This document shows, piece by piece, positions 1-13,150 of a stretch of 64,000 nucleotides of DNA (positions are counted from its first letter, which is position 1; each line of letters begins with the position of its first letter). The notes beneath the pieces were generated by a model. It ran no database searches and was not told the DNA's origin. It saw only the letters and a list, made by a program, of their open reading frames with translations. The position numbers and the translations under genes were made by a program. This stretch comes from the human T2T-CHM13v2.0 reference genome, Homo sapiens: the NCBI RefSeq assembly GCF_009914755.1, contig NC_060929.1; one strand, given 5' to 3'.

Positions 1-329
1 TATTGTTACGTCTTAAACATCCATTTCCATAGTCTGGAGAAAAGATGAAAGAAAAAATTTCTTACTGGTTTACATGGGATCATTACTTCCATTGATTCCA
101 TATTTACATTTAAAATAAATTTAAATTGTGATTCTTGATTTATTTGTATGTGATACATCCTTTACTTGAGGTGATAGGAGGTAATAAATCTTCCAAGGTT
201 AGCTTCATCTTACTTTCAAGTTTTTTGAGAGTGTTTTAAAATGCTGCTTCACTTGAAAAACCATTTGCTAAATGTCTAACATAGGTATACCAAGGAAAAT
301 ACTAGACACTAGATAAAATAGTTTAATGG

Positions 330-960
330 GAGAGAAAAATAAATATTCTAATATTTAAGCATAATGATTCCTGAGATAGGATAAGCCCTGGATGTTATGA
401 GGACACATATGAGTACACTTAATCTAGCTGTCAGGATTATGGAAAGCTTCCGGGAGAAATCTGAAGAACTGAAAGCACTCTAACAAGGCTGGAGCATGGG
501 TTTTCAGTTGGGAGTTGGGGTTTTCAGGTGGGGATCAAGGTGTTGAGGTATCAAGTTTGAAAGTTAGGTGGGGCTGGTCTAGGAATGGTTTGTTTGTAAC
601 AGTAAGGAGTTTGGAATTCTTCCTGAATACCATTGGAGCCACTGAAAGATTTTTGGCAGGGAAAAGTACTGTCAAAATTTGAATTTTAGATAGATTTATA
701 CATCAGTTCTTTAGACTATATTTTGAAGACCTGAGATTGGAAGGTGGTCAATCATGGAATTATGCAGCTTTGGCATATCAAGATACAAAAATAAAAATCC
801 CCAAAACCAACCAAACCAACCAACAAAACAAAAATAAACAACCCAAAACCCCACAAAACAGTAGAATCAATATAACTCAGTGACCAATTGAAGGTAGAGG
901 GTAAAGGATGTGGAGCCAAGGATCGTACTTGGGTTGATGGTTTGGACAACTGACAGGGGT
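330..960 (-). mobile_element. Degraded L2 LINE fragments
   Basis: Typical antisense-L2 text, e.g. ggagtttggaattcttcctgaataccattggagccactgaaagatttttggcaggg. Boundaries approximate. Confidence 0.55.
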
Positions 961-1044
961 ACCAGTAACCAAATGTGTAATGCATGCATGAGGAGCAGTG
1001 CATTTGGCGGAAGGCTTTTGAAAGCTGTATATTTGTTATTTTGA

Positions 1045-1341
<297 letters not shown>

Positions 1342-1404
1342 TATTTTGACTGTTTCTTATCTGTTCTAAGTATAGTTAATTTAAGTGGAATGCAATGCCT
1401 TGAC

Positions 1405-2757
1405 TGGACATGTGGTCTTTGCAAGCTACTCTAACAAAGACTATGATGATGCTTTGGGTCTTCAGGTATTAATGTGAACTCAGGCCCTGAGCTCAATGGT
1501 CCTTATAATGTCTGAGTCTGTTCTCCTCTTTCTCCAGTGTACAAGCACTTGAGTAAGTGGGTATATGCTCATTTTAAAAAGAATTAGGCAAATCATGATG
1601 GCAGATTCTTGCCACAGTGTTGCAGAGTCCTTCTCACTTAGGACATGACAGTATCTTTGGGCCTGTGGATTGAGCAAAAAAAAAATGTGACTTTTTATTG
1701 TAGTAACTCCCATAAACCTCCTGTTTTCTCTCCCAATATTATCATGTTATTGCTGTCAATGTTAATAGATACCCTTGTTGGCTGCCTCTAGGCATACCAT
1801 AGTTTATTAACCATCTTCACAAGTTCCACTGGCTGCCACTCCAATTTTGCAGGTCAACATGTTAATTGAATTGAAGACTACTGACTTCTGACTGTTGAGG
1901 TTCTGTTACTCCAGGATCAGGTTATTCATCTGTATATTAATGAGCCATCTAAATGACCACTTCCCCTGCCATCAACACTGGCCTGCAAAGGAGATCCATC
2001 AGTGAATTTCTTAGTAAACCTGGTGATCATCTCACCTGTGTATTCTTAGAGGTGTCAGTTAAAAATGTGTGTTCTGGCCCCTCTGATAGGAATAACCTTT
2101 GGGTGGGACCATGAACCTCACATAATACATAAATTTATTCATTCTCACTTTCTGCAGCTTTCTATTCCTACCTTTACCATCGGTCAAAGCAACTCAGACA
2201 TTTCCATATTGTTAATTAAAGGCCATATCATATTTCTGGTATCTAACAGTCATACCAACAATGACTTTGCCCCATTCACTAAGAAATAATTGCCTGTCCT
2301 GAGAAAGTACCCCCTAAGTCAATAATTTCTTGCTTAGCCTATCTTATATTTAGTTTTCTGAATGAAGAATTCTCACAACACATTCCCACAGTACTTCTCT
2401 ATTCCCCGCTAGTAAATGCCAGATAATTATTGTAACTCTTTCAATCTATAGACTCTCTGTTTTCTTGCTAGGTCTGGACTTCTCAAGTAGGTTATGTTGA
2501 GATATTTACCTAGCCTGAATATCCAGGAACAGTGGTGAGGATCGTTCCTGAGGGGGAAGAGACCTATTGAGTTACATAAATAATAGTTCTGCAGCATCTA
2601 CTATCTTGGAAAATGTGCTAATTCTTACTGGGGAATGATAGGCCACTTCTGTCATCCTAGAAGTTTTAATGAGAATAGCAGAGCCAACATCCTCATTAAT
2701 CCAAATTTCTTCATGTCATGCTTTAGGGTTCCAGACTTTTCATCATGCAGAACTTAC
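1405..2757 (-). mobile_element. Ancient class III (ERVL-type) endogenous retrovirus internal remnant, gag-pro region, non-coding
   Basis: Minus strand 1496-1446 reads LSSGPEFTLIPEDPKHH, similar to HERV-L protease LDTGSELTLIPGDPKHH. It is preceded by YPLTQVLVHW (like WPFTRVTVHW) and by gag-like segments (WLINYGMPR). Many stops and frameshifts. Confidence 0.75.
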
Positions 2758-3190
2758 CTTTGTGAAGGAGAGAAGAAAACACAGAAAGAAGACACTGGAA
2801 AAGCAGTACAGTTCTAAGATAGTTTTGTCAAGGTTCAAGCGGAGTCCTCAAACCAAAGTGAGACATCAAAAGGGTCACACATCTCTCAAGAAAATACCTG
2901 CCTAAATATTCATGCCATCCACAATAATTTCTCAGTAATCGCTATTGAAATCATGACCTCACACAAACATGATGATATATTTAATAGTACAGCATCTGGG
3001 GCAACATCTGGGGCAGTGGAGCATCTGTGTCATGGTAAGTTTGACTGAAACGAAGTTTTGCAGCAGCAAAAACAGTATCAACAATCTAAATTTAATTCCA
3101 TATGTGTGGATCTCAGTAAACCAGGCTGTATTAGAAGCTTTCTCTAGCTATAGAGAGTTACCTGCTCTGTCAAGCAAGACTAAGGCAGGA
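2758..3190 (-). mobile_element. LTR33-like ERVL LTR (partial)
   Basis: Minus strand contains cactttggtttgaggactcc...tcttagaactgtactgc...ttctctccttcaca, recognisable LTR33 text. It sits directly upstream of the ERVL gag remnant. Confidence 0.6.
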
Positions 3191-4139
3191 GTTAAGGCAT
3201 AAACACACTAACATTTTCAAAACCTGCTTGTTTCACTCAAAAAAGACTCAACTTATAAGGCAAGGGTGCTCAAATATGAGGTTTCTTGCTTTTTCATTTA
3301 TTTGAGTTAAATTTGATTTACAGAACCAGAATAAAAAACAGGTAATCACATTTATTAGAATGTGGCATTTACATCCACAATGATTCTAATTTTGAAGCTC
3401 AGTTTTTACATTTTTCTATAGATACTATATTGGTAGATGTTATTGATGAACTCTCTGTTGCATCTGAAGGTCATCTTAACACCACACTAACAGTTGTGGA
3501 ATAAAGTGTCCTTGAGTTTGACACTGAATTAAATATTGTATTCTTCAAAACACATTTCTCGCTATGAGAAATCATATGGATTTTTAAATTTTGCTCCAGG
3601 TAGGTTTTTTTTAAAGGCTTATTTCAATATCTTCATGGATATATTGAAGTAAATTTATACTTTTAATAATAATTAACAGCAAAAGAGCAACAATTCCTGA
3701 ATTTAACATTTCTACTCTTTATCTTCCTCTAGTTATATTTCTGACTCAAGTAATGAAAAAAAATTTTTACACTGATTATCTCAGACTCTTAGGAAGTGCT
3801 GTGAACTATCCAACCTCCTTAATAAGTACACTGAAAAAAAGTTCCTGCCATTTTCTCTACCTCCTAACTTAACACAACTTCCCAGCAAACTTAGTAATAA
3901 GGATAGCTGGTAGAAGTTTGACATGTACAGGATAACTTTCGAGGTGGCAGAAAGTGTTAAAAATCATTTACCATCAGTGTCTCAGCTCTTGGCTATCATG
4001 CCTCTCTCCCTCTCTACCTAACCCTCAAATCTAATCCAAGCCATGCTTTGTTGCATTGACTTTCTTGGCCATATCAAGAAAAGTATGTATACATGTATAC
4101 CCATGGTCTTAAATTCAAGATAAGTAAAATTCTGCTTTT

Positions 4140-5060
4140 AGAATTTCTTCATGATGGTGTAATGGGGACTATAATTACCCTCTCAGTATAACAACCAGAA
4201 CACCAGAAGAAATATGTGAAACAACTATTTTCTTTCATTGGAAAAAAAGTAGCTCATGACTGAACCCTGAAAGAAGGAAAACAATTGATATGAATCCTAT
4301 AATAACTCCAGTTTATTGTCTGGAGACTGTTTCTAGGTTTTAACGTAGCAAGGGTAACATAAGCATTGCCTGGTGGTCTTAAGTTGAAGAGACAGATATT
4401 GCAATGCAGAATGGCTAAGAAACTTAGAATCTATGAGGCATGGTGTCTCCTAGAGACATCTCTGAAAATCTGAAGATGATTCTCTTCAAATCTTTGGCTG
4501 AAGATTGATCTATGCATGTGTGGAGTAAAACTCCAAAAAGCTGTTAAAGGGCCACAAGAAAGCAGCAGACCAAAGGATTCCCAGAAATCACAAGCCCTAA
4601 AAAGAATTTACATTCTCATTCCTAGAAATGAAAGATCTCCGAATATATGGAAGAGCAGAAAGAGTCCTCAAGGAGTTCTAGCCTGAGTAGTGGCTGCATT
4701 CAAACTAAAGGCTCCTCTTGTTGTAGTTTAATACATTCAAAAATGATACTCAAAATAATCAAGTTGATAGTGTGACTTCACTGTGCAGCAGGATAAAAGT
4801 AAACATTTTTCAAAAAAAGACAATAAAATCCAGCATGCAACATGGAAACTTTATAATGCTCAGCATTTAAGAAAATATCCAGGCATTTTATAAAACAGAA
4901 AATATAACACATAAGTCCAAGAAAAATTAATCAATAGAAAAATACCTAGAAAAGACAGAGAAAATGGAATAATCACAAGGAGTTTAAATAGCCATTATAA
5001 AATGCTTCATATAATTAAAAATGTAGAATAAAACATAAATCATAAAAAGTGAGATACAAA
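4140..5060 (+). mobile_element. Old L1M 5' region/ORF1 remnant
   Basis: A-rich L1M-like 5' end and ORF1 text (gaaaaattaatcaatagaaaaatacctagaaaagacagag...gccattataaaatgcttc). Boundaries approximate. Confidence 0.55.
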
Positions 5061-5064
5061 AGAT

Positions 5065-6158
5065 ACAAAAAATACCAATACATTTGGTTTATTAAAAAAG
5101 CCCAGATTTTGCAAAAATTTTAACCCCGGTGTACACGTCAAACAAAACATTAAATTAGGTGTGCAGAAAGAACCGAACAAAAGAAAAGAAATGCCTTGGG
5201 GGGAGGGGGGAGGGAGAGCATTAGGAGATATATCTAATGCTAAATGACGAGTTAATGGGTGCAGCACACCAGCATGGCACATGTATACATATGTAACTAA
5301 CCTGCACATTGTGCACATGTACCCTAAAACTTAAAGTATAATAATAATAAAAATAAAAATAAATAAATAAATAAATAAAAAGAAATGCCTCATAGACAGA
5401 ATATAAATTCTGTGGAAATCAGGATACTCAAACCAGAAAGATACTTGTACTTACACAAGAAAGGACTTGCCAGAAAAGACAAAAAATCTTTATTATCCCA
5501 GGAGTGATATAAGGTCCCTTATTAAGGCAGCCTTATCTAAATCAGATGCTGAATAAAGATCTTCTACCAAAAAGAGGGAGGCTCATTCTGAAAGAAGACT
5601 CACGATGGCAAAAAAAGAGAAGGTGTGGAAATAGAGAGCTCAAAAGTCTCAAGTGAGTATAGCACACTGGTTCCAAGAATCATGAGTTCCTTCTGAAAGT
5701 GATCTTGCTCCAGATCTGACTTCTGACACCATTTATATCAATAAATAACAAACACAGAGAGAGGCTGTCTAACAGAAAATAATAGGCCATTGCAATGGGA
5801 ATACACATACCGTAGTAAACTGTGTGCAGAAGTAAAGGAAGACAAAGATTTCTAAGGAAAAAATGAGAACAATTACATACTTATTTTGTGATAATTATCC
5901 TTGGCTACAAGCATCAATAACAAGGGTGACACCAGTCTGAGTTTGGACAGGTAGTTGCTGGGCAGATGTCCTTATAGAAGTATTTCCTGTGTAAGCTCAT
6001 AATGGCCTTTGTGCAAGGTTGTGGTTTTGCAGAGTTAGTTGTTTTTTGTTTTTTTTTTTCCAGGCATTTATGCATGAGAACCTGCTTCATGGCCTTTTTG
6101 GACTTTACATGTCAGGGTGTTTTACAAAATTACTCTTGTTATTCTGACTACTTTCACA
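5065..6158 (-). mobile_element. ERV1 MER4-group element: 5' LTR (MER65-like, ~5736-6158), PBS and partial internal region
   Basis: Minus strand begins TGTGAAAGTAGTCAGAAT...ccacaaccttgcacaaaggcc...aaggacatctgcccagcaact. The primer-binding site TGGTGTCAGAAGT (5731-5719) follows just after the LTR. Exact family uncertain. Confidence 0.7.
5197..5377 (+). mobile_element. Short 5'-truncated young L1 (L1PA2/L1PA3 3' end)
   Basis: taaatgacgagttaatgggtgcagcacaccagcatggcac...aactaacctgcacattgtgcac...cttaaagtataat, then an A-rich tail. Perfect 13-bp TSD aaaagaaatgcct at 5184-5196 and 5378-5390. Confidence 0.95.
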
Positions 6159-6309
6159 GCAACAAGAAAAACTGATGGACTCATGAACCTAATTCTACCT
6201 CAGGTCCCATGAGGAATAAAGAACTCCGTCTCTGATGTAGGAATTCCTATTCTTATGCCAGTATTTATGAAACTGTGGCAGGCTTCCTGGTGTTAAGAAT
6301 AAAAGAATA

Positions 6310-6619
6310 GGCCAGGAGTGGTGGTTCATGCCTGTAATCCAGCACATTGGTAGGCTGAGGTGGGCCGATCACTTGAGGCCAGGAGTTTACCAGCCTGGCC
6401 AACATCGTGAAACCCCATCTTTACTAAAAATACAAAAATTAGCCAGCTGTGGTGGTGCACACCTGTGATCCCAGCTACTCCAGAGGCTGAGGCACAAGAA
6501 TCGCTTGAACCCAGGAGATGGATGTTGTAGTGAGCCAAGATGGCACCACTGCAGTCCAGCCACAGCAACACAGCAAGACTCCATCTCAAAATGAACAAAC
6601 AAACAAAACAAAAACAAAC
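6310..6619 (+). mobile_element. Alu SINE (AluSz/Sx-like, diverged)
   Basis: Full dimer with a (CAAA)n tail. TSD aagaataaaag(a/c)ata at 6295-6309 and 6620-6634. Confidence 0.93.
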
Positions 6620-6634
6620 AAGAATAAAAGCATA

Positions 6635-7500
6635 GTATCACTACAGATTGTATAGACATCAAAGTATTACAAAAGGGTATTGTTAAAAAATTTGGGCAAC
6701 AGGCTCAACAATTCACATAAAATAGAACAATTTATTGAAAGACAGAGACTACAAAACTTATTCAAATAAAACTAGATATATTAAATAATCTTATATCCAC
6801 TGAAGAAACTGAATTTTTAAGTAATGCCATCTCACAATAAAAAACTTTCAGGCCTAGATGGTTTCACTAGTGAATTAATCTAATTTTAAACACATAATAA
6901 TAATAATACGATTTCTACAGAAACTCTTCTGGAAAGTGTAAGAAATCAAAAGACTTTCCTACTCATATTATGAGGCCAACACCAAAACTGAAACCCCACA
7001 AAGACGTTAACAGGAAAACAAAATAAAATGCAACAGACAATTTTCCCTCATAATCAGAATTGTAATTATGTTTAACAAAGTTTTACCAAATCAAATGCAC
7101 TAATACGTAAAACTAGTAAGACTTCATGGCTAGGTTTCTTTCATCCCAGAATGAAAAGTTGCTTAAACATTTGAAAAATAAATACACGCCATTTTAGATG
7201 ACAAACGAAAAAAAAAAAAAAATCACATGACATTATGATCGGATGCAAAAAACTAATGCGATAAAATTCAGCATTCCTTCATGATAAAAATTCTCGGATA
7301 CTTAAGCATGGATACTAACTTATCCTTATAAAGGGATATATGAAAAATTTAGAGTGGGACAATCTACTTGAATGTGAAAGGGTGCCTGTTTCCCCACTGA
7401 AATTGGAAGCAAGATAAATATATTTTATCTTGTCACTTTTATTCAACCAATGATCTGGCGGCCTCAGTAAGTGCAATAATGCAAGAGAAAAGGGTAAAAA
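6635..7500 (+). mobile_element. Old L1M ORF2 remnant
   Basis: Recognisable ORF2 text: caggcctagatggtttcactagtgaatt (PGPDGFTGEF region) and gataaaattcagcattccttcatgataaaa (FDKIQHPFM region). Confidence 0.8.
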
Positions 7501-7644
7501 TGTTTTGTTCTAGTTATACGTCTATTCAGCTTTCTTAAATTTAACCATTCCTTCAATACATATAGTGCTATCCATTGCCCCATTATGTCCATTTTTAATG
7601 GCTTACAAATCTGTAGCTGAGTAGTGATTTATGAAATGTTTCAG

Positions 7645-8023
7645 AGAGGATAGGTTAGATTATGCTGCAGCAATAACCAAGCTCCAAATTTCATTTACTT
7701 CAAAGGACAAGGCTTAATTCTAACTCATCTTATATGTCTATTATGAGTCATTGTTGAAGTCCCTGATGATTATATTTGCTCCAGAAACCAAACTGATGGA
7801 GTAGCTTACATTTCAACTGTCATCCATACTTATGCCAGAAGAATAGAAGGCCTCTGGAGTAAGCATTGGAATTACATTCTATTTGTGATTTGTATATGCC
7901 TACAAGTAACATAGAGAACTCTTATTCCCAACTCTTGGTTTATAACTAGTCACAACTCCCCACTCAAACAACAGAAGCCAAGAAGGCAATCCTTGAAGGT
8001 GGAGTACCTGAAAAATGTATTAA
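7645..8023 (-). mobile_element. Old MLT1 (MaLR) LTR, degraded
   Basis: ggataggttagattatgctgcagcaataacc...aaggcttaattc resembles MLT1J/K/L. Confidence 0.5.
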
Positions 8024-8028
8024 ATACT

Positions 8029-8392
8029 TGATATGGTTTGGCTCTGTGTCCTCAGCCAAATCTCATCTCGAACTGTAATCCCCACTTGTCAAGGGAGGAA
8101 CTTGGTGAAAAACGATTGGATTATGGGGCAGTTTCCCCTGTGCTTTTCTCTTGACAGTGAGTGAGTTCTCACAAGGATTGATGGTTTTAAATTGTGGTAC
8201 TTCCTCGCTCTCTCACTCCTCCTGCCACTTTGTGAAGAGGTGCCTTGATTCCTCATCACCTTCCATTATGATTATAAGTTTGTTGAGGCCTCCCCAGCCA
8301 CTTGGAACTGTGAGTCAATTAAACTACTTTCCTTTATAAATTACCCAGTCTCAGGTAGTATCTTTATAGCAGTGTGAAAAAAGACTAATACA
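8029..8392 (+). mobile_element. THE1D-like MaLR solo LTR
   Basis: TGATATGGTTTGGCTCTGTGTC...GACTAATACA with 5-bp TSD atact at 8024-8028 and 8393-8397. Confidence 0.92.
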
Positions 8393-11300
8393 ATACTCTA
8401 ATGGTTACATTATTCAGCTCTTCCAGATAACTAGTTAATAAATTCAGATTGTTGTCTAAAACAATTGTATATATAAAAACATTAATTTTTAATAAATCTA
8501 TAATCTCAATTGGCAAATACAGAGAGAACAAAGTGTTTTAGGTTACCCTTGTTATTTTAAAATATTCCTATTTATTCTAAATTTGTATATAATTCCTAAT
8601 AATTACATTTAATTTTTAAAAAACGGCTTCATCTTCTGAAGGATATTTTAAATATTCCAAATAAACCTTTTTTAATCTCATGTATTTTCTAAGACAGAAA
8701 GCCATAAAGTAAGTTAATTAAATCAATAGTATTGATTTTTTTGTGTTGAAAAAAGTTAATATTCATACATATTCATATGTACTTAGTTTCCTCAATCATA
8801 ACATTAGAGTAATTTTTGGTACATACTAAAATTTTGGAAATATATAGTCATTATTCTATCTGTAATAATAATTTTCTATTTATATCATGGAAATAAATAT
8901 ACATTAATCAAATTGTTGTTTATCAAATAATTCATGTATGTATATGTCAGATCTCGGATGCTGCTGTGCTAGTCAGCATCATTTATAACTAGCAAATGTA
9001 ACAAATAACAATCTTCAATGTTAATTTACTTTCAGCCAAGTTCATATGTGAAAAGGATTTGCCTAAGAAAAATACACTATGTCTACCGTGTCACATTCAA
9101 TTTACTTTGTATTTTCATATTTACAACTCTGTGTACATATGTCATAAATTTTATTTTTTAGGATTAGAAGATTAATACCATTATCAGATGTTTTGTCTTA
9201 ATTTCCAAACTCTGTATTTGCCCAAATGATGAAACTATATTTATCTCCCCACCCCCCAACTGTTAGGAATTAAAGAGAAACTAGTGAAGATAGGATAGGG
9301 GAAAAGGAACAGATGAAACAAGTAAAAGAATGAGCAAGTAAAGGGAGAATGTAAGATTGATTCCCCTTGTGTCCTCCTATCAATGATTTGAAAAAAAATC
9401 TGTTTATAAAATTAACATAAGCAAAACTTCACAAATTAACATTAAAAAATTAAGCTGGGTAATATGATTAGATTTTAATTTGCTTCTATGCAATATAAAA
9501 CAATGTTTAAGCTTTCAATTATTTCTGACAGCATGCAAATGATTTCAGGTCATTAAAGATCGGAAAGATTATTTTTTCCCTGATAATTTATTAACTTATG
9601 GAAAAGATGGCATATACTTTTCAATTACTCATATGGTGTTGGCACATGCTATTTGTAGTATGTACTCTGAAATAAAATTAATCTTATATGTAAGAGAATT
9701 ATAATAATATTTTGAAGATTATATAAAATATTGGATAGAAATAGTTCTTCAATCTCATATTACTTCTTTATTCACCTCCTTTCAGTAATGTATATAATTT
9801 TGCTTATTATTGTAACTTTAAACTCAGGTACTTATTATTTCTGAAAACAAGAGAACATGGTTATTTCTTGATGTTACTTTTTGTCCCACAAAACTATAAG
9901 GTTTACTCAAGTCATAAGGCAACAATAAATACAACAAACAAGTTGTTCAGAAATTATACATAAACCTCTGTGTAGCTGTATTGAAATCTGAGATGACTAT
10001 TTTTTATTTTATTTAATTATTTTTAAAATTTGCTCATTTTCAGGGGCCAGTGAATGGGTTTATATTTCTCAATCTTGTATTTTAATATGGTTATAGTCAT
10101 CTTTGATCCAAATTTTGTACATGATCTAATCATGTAAAGAGTTTATAACACCTACAGAGATTATCAAAGCATAGTCTCTCAATGTTCAAAGTGAACTCAG
10201 GCCTAGGTCTACGAGATAGCCCTTTCTAGTTTTCATCTGGTGGTATCCGTACTTACTCTGTCTCATACCCCATTGTAAGCTATAAGATTACAGAATGTGT
10301 CAAATAAATTTCTCATTGTGAAGTTGAAGATTTACAAACATATAGTAAATTCCCTTTCCCTCCTTCTTTCTTCTCCTAATAGTTAATTTTTTTTTTAATT
10401 TTTCTTTGGTCAATTTTGTCATTACAATCATTATGAATGAATTTTTAAAATTGAGTATGCCCACCTGTGTGCACATGTGTGTGCTAGTGTGTCTGTATTT
10501 GTATAATGGAGTCTCAAAAACTGGAAGCAGTTTCAATGGTGTTTCACTTCCTCTGATGTTAGTAAGTGAGGTAATTCACTTGGGGTTGTAAAAATCGCAA
10601 TGTCAAGCAACAAAATGCTTCATTAAATAGAAAGAGAAGCTCTGAAAAGAAAAAAAAAATCTTTCTTTGAATAGAGCAGTTAAATACATGTATGTAGTCC
10701 ACCCTTGCTGTCTACAGTACGTGATGACACAGTAATCTCTTTTGTTGATTTTCCAGTGAAACTGAAGCAGCTTTTTCACACATGAGGGGTAAGAGAATGG
10801 ACAGTGTCAAGAGGTGTCTTAGTATTTTCATTCTAGTAAGTTGTGAGCAGGCAATTAAAGATTTTTACTTTGGAGATAATCTTCACTCATAGCCTTTATC
10901 ACCATGTTTCCCTGAAGAATGAGATTTTACCCTAAAAGAGGATAATAGAATATCACACGCTATGTTAGAAAACATTTAGAAAAAATAATCATTTCATGCT
11001 ATTAAAAAATGATCAATACATTTTTATTTTTTGTTCAAAATTTTGGTAATGTATATTTCTAGGAAATATACATAAAATGTACTAGAACTAAAAATTAAAT
11101 GTAATATTTTAGACTCTGAAAAAAATGTCTATTATAATGTCAAACCAGAATAATACCTGCTTCTCACTCACATTGACCAAGAATCAATGTTAGGTGACTT
11201 AACAGCAGAAGAAATGCAAATTATTGGGATATTCTTTCATTATGTAGTATAAACATAACTCATATGTGTTTCTCATCAGCTATGCCTTCATTTTTCTTGA

Positions 11301-12769
11301 TGGAAAATCTATGGGAATATAGTAGCACCATCAAATTAGTGAGTAAACAAGACCATTACATCAAAATAGATTGTGCTCATTTATTCTGACAAGTGTAGCA
11401 GTTTAAATTATTTATAGTTGCAGACTGAATGGATTTAGTAAATGCCCTATAGTACATTTTGTAAATTCAGTAGAGTCTTGGTAACTTCTTCATTAATTAT
11501 GTTTATAAATTACAATCCTTACAAAAGCCCTTGAGCATGTAATTAATAAATTTATTTAAATAATTAGAAACTCAGAAGATTTTATGTTTTACATATAGCT
11601 AAATTTAGCAAAAATATACATTCTTTCTATTGATTTGTAAGAATAACAACATATTAGGAAGGGGATTATAAAAACTAAAAAGTGCCTCGGAAGTTCTCTC
11701 AATTGTGGTAATAATTATGCCTTCTAAGGCTTTCTTGCCTTCTTTTAGGAAAGATGTGGTTGCAAATGCTCTCAGACATGAACATGATAATCAATACTTC
11801 TGAGAAGAATTATTTAAGAAGAATTATTTCTAATTAGGGCAAGTCTGACAAATTATCTCACATTACTATGTGTCAGTGCAGCAGTAACTAACATTTATTA
11901 AGATCTACTCAGCCACATAGGAAGAAGACAGAAGTGCTAACAGAGGCTACCCAAGAGTAGAAGCCCTGACAATTTGTTTTTAAAAAACAAAACAAAACAA
12001 ACAAAAAACCTCTCAATCTCCTGTGTGCTCACACCCAAGTGAAAATACACAAAAGGAAAAAAATTTGTGAATACATATTATTTAATTCCCCAATATCAGC
12101 ACTTTTCTCAGTACCTTTCATGCCATATGCAATTAGAAAATTCTCCCAGTAATGCAAGTAAGCCTAAGACAGAAGGCAATAAGCAGTGAGAAATGTAACA
12201 TGTTTGGATAGCAAATCCACTAAAGATAGTGGCTGAAGCAGGGAGAGTACTAGGATCAGTGCATCCTAGTTTCTGGCTTATCAGAAATAATTTCCAGGTT
12301 AATAAAAAATTTCAAGCCATTCCTATTCTTTTGGAATAATTTTGCTACATTGCTCACAGAGGGCCAGACAACGAAAATAGGAGATAATTCAGAACCAGTT
12401 TGGCAAAATGAACAGCTAAGCCACCCACAATTTGATATGGGCTCTGCTCAGTAAATTTCTTTTGAATGTGGGATTTGAAGAAATGTGGAAGAATCAAGTG
12501 AAAGGTAAGGCAGAAAGTATTGAAGTAGATTTACTACATTTGTTCCCAATCACCAAGTCCATGTAAAATGCCTCTCATTTGTACTTCACAAAAATTCCAC
12601 CACCATCATGTCTTAAATTAAAAAAATGTGAAGGATAAAAATTACTTTAAAATAAGACTATCCTTTTTGTGATGTTCCAAATAGGTCCTGTAAACCATTA
12701 GTTAATGCTCTTAAAGACATCTCAAGTAAGGTACCCTTCCAAGTGTAATAAGAGACAGGATTTTAAATG

Positions 12770-12997
12770 CAAAGAACAAATGATTTGGAGTCAGACAATT
12801 GTGAGTTGAAATTCTGGCCCTGCCAATAATTCAAATGGTGTGTTTAGACAAAGTTAATTAAGCTCTCTAAGCTTAATATTCTTCATTTATGAAAAGGGGG
12901 TAATTGTGGAGATGAAAAGAGAGAATATAACAGAAAGAATATAGATAAAAGAGTTAATAGAGTGCCTGACTTAAAGGAAAATCTCAAAAAGTTATTT
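12770..12997 (+). mobile_element. MIR SINE
   Basis: tttggagtcagac...ctggccctgcca...ctctctaagcttaatattcttcatttatgaaaaggggg...agagtgcctgac. Confidence 0.75.
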
Positions 12998-13089
12998 AAG
13001 ATATATGATTATTCCTTTATAGTGATTGTTTCATTCTATTTCAATCTATTATTTATAGAACTATTTTGTAATATTTTCAGTAGCTCATG

Positions 13090-13150
13090 CTCTCTCTCTG
13101 TCTCTCTCTCTCTCTGTGTGTGCATATGTGTGTGTGTGTACATGTGTGTA
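13090..13150. repeat. Compound (TC)n(TG)n microsatellite
   Basis: Read directly from the sequence. Confidence 0.9.

Noticed and set aside
1992-2006. Minus-strand FTDGS resembling a retroviral RNase H motif
   Set aside because: It lies upstream of the protease motif, in the gag region, which is the wrong order for pol. Most likely chance.
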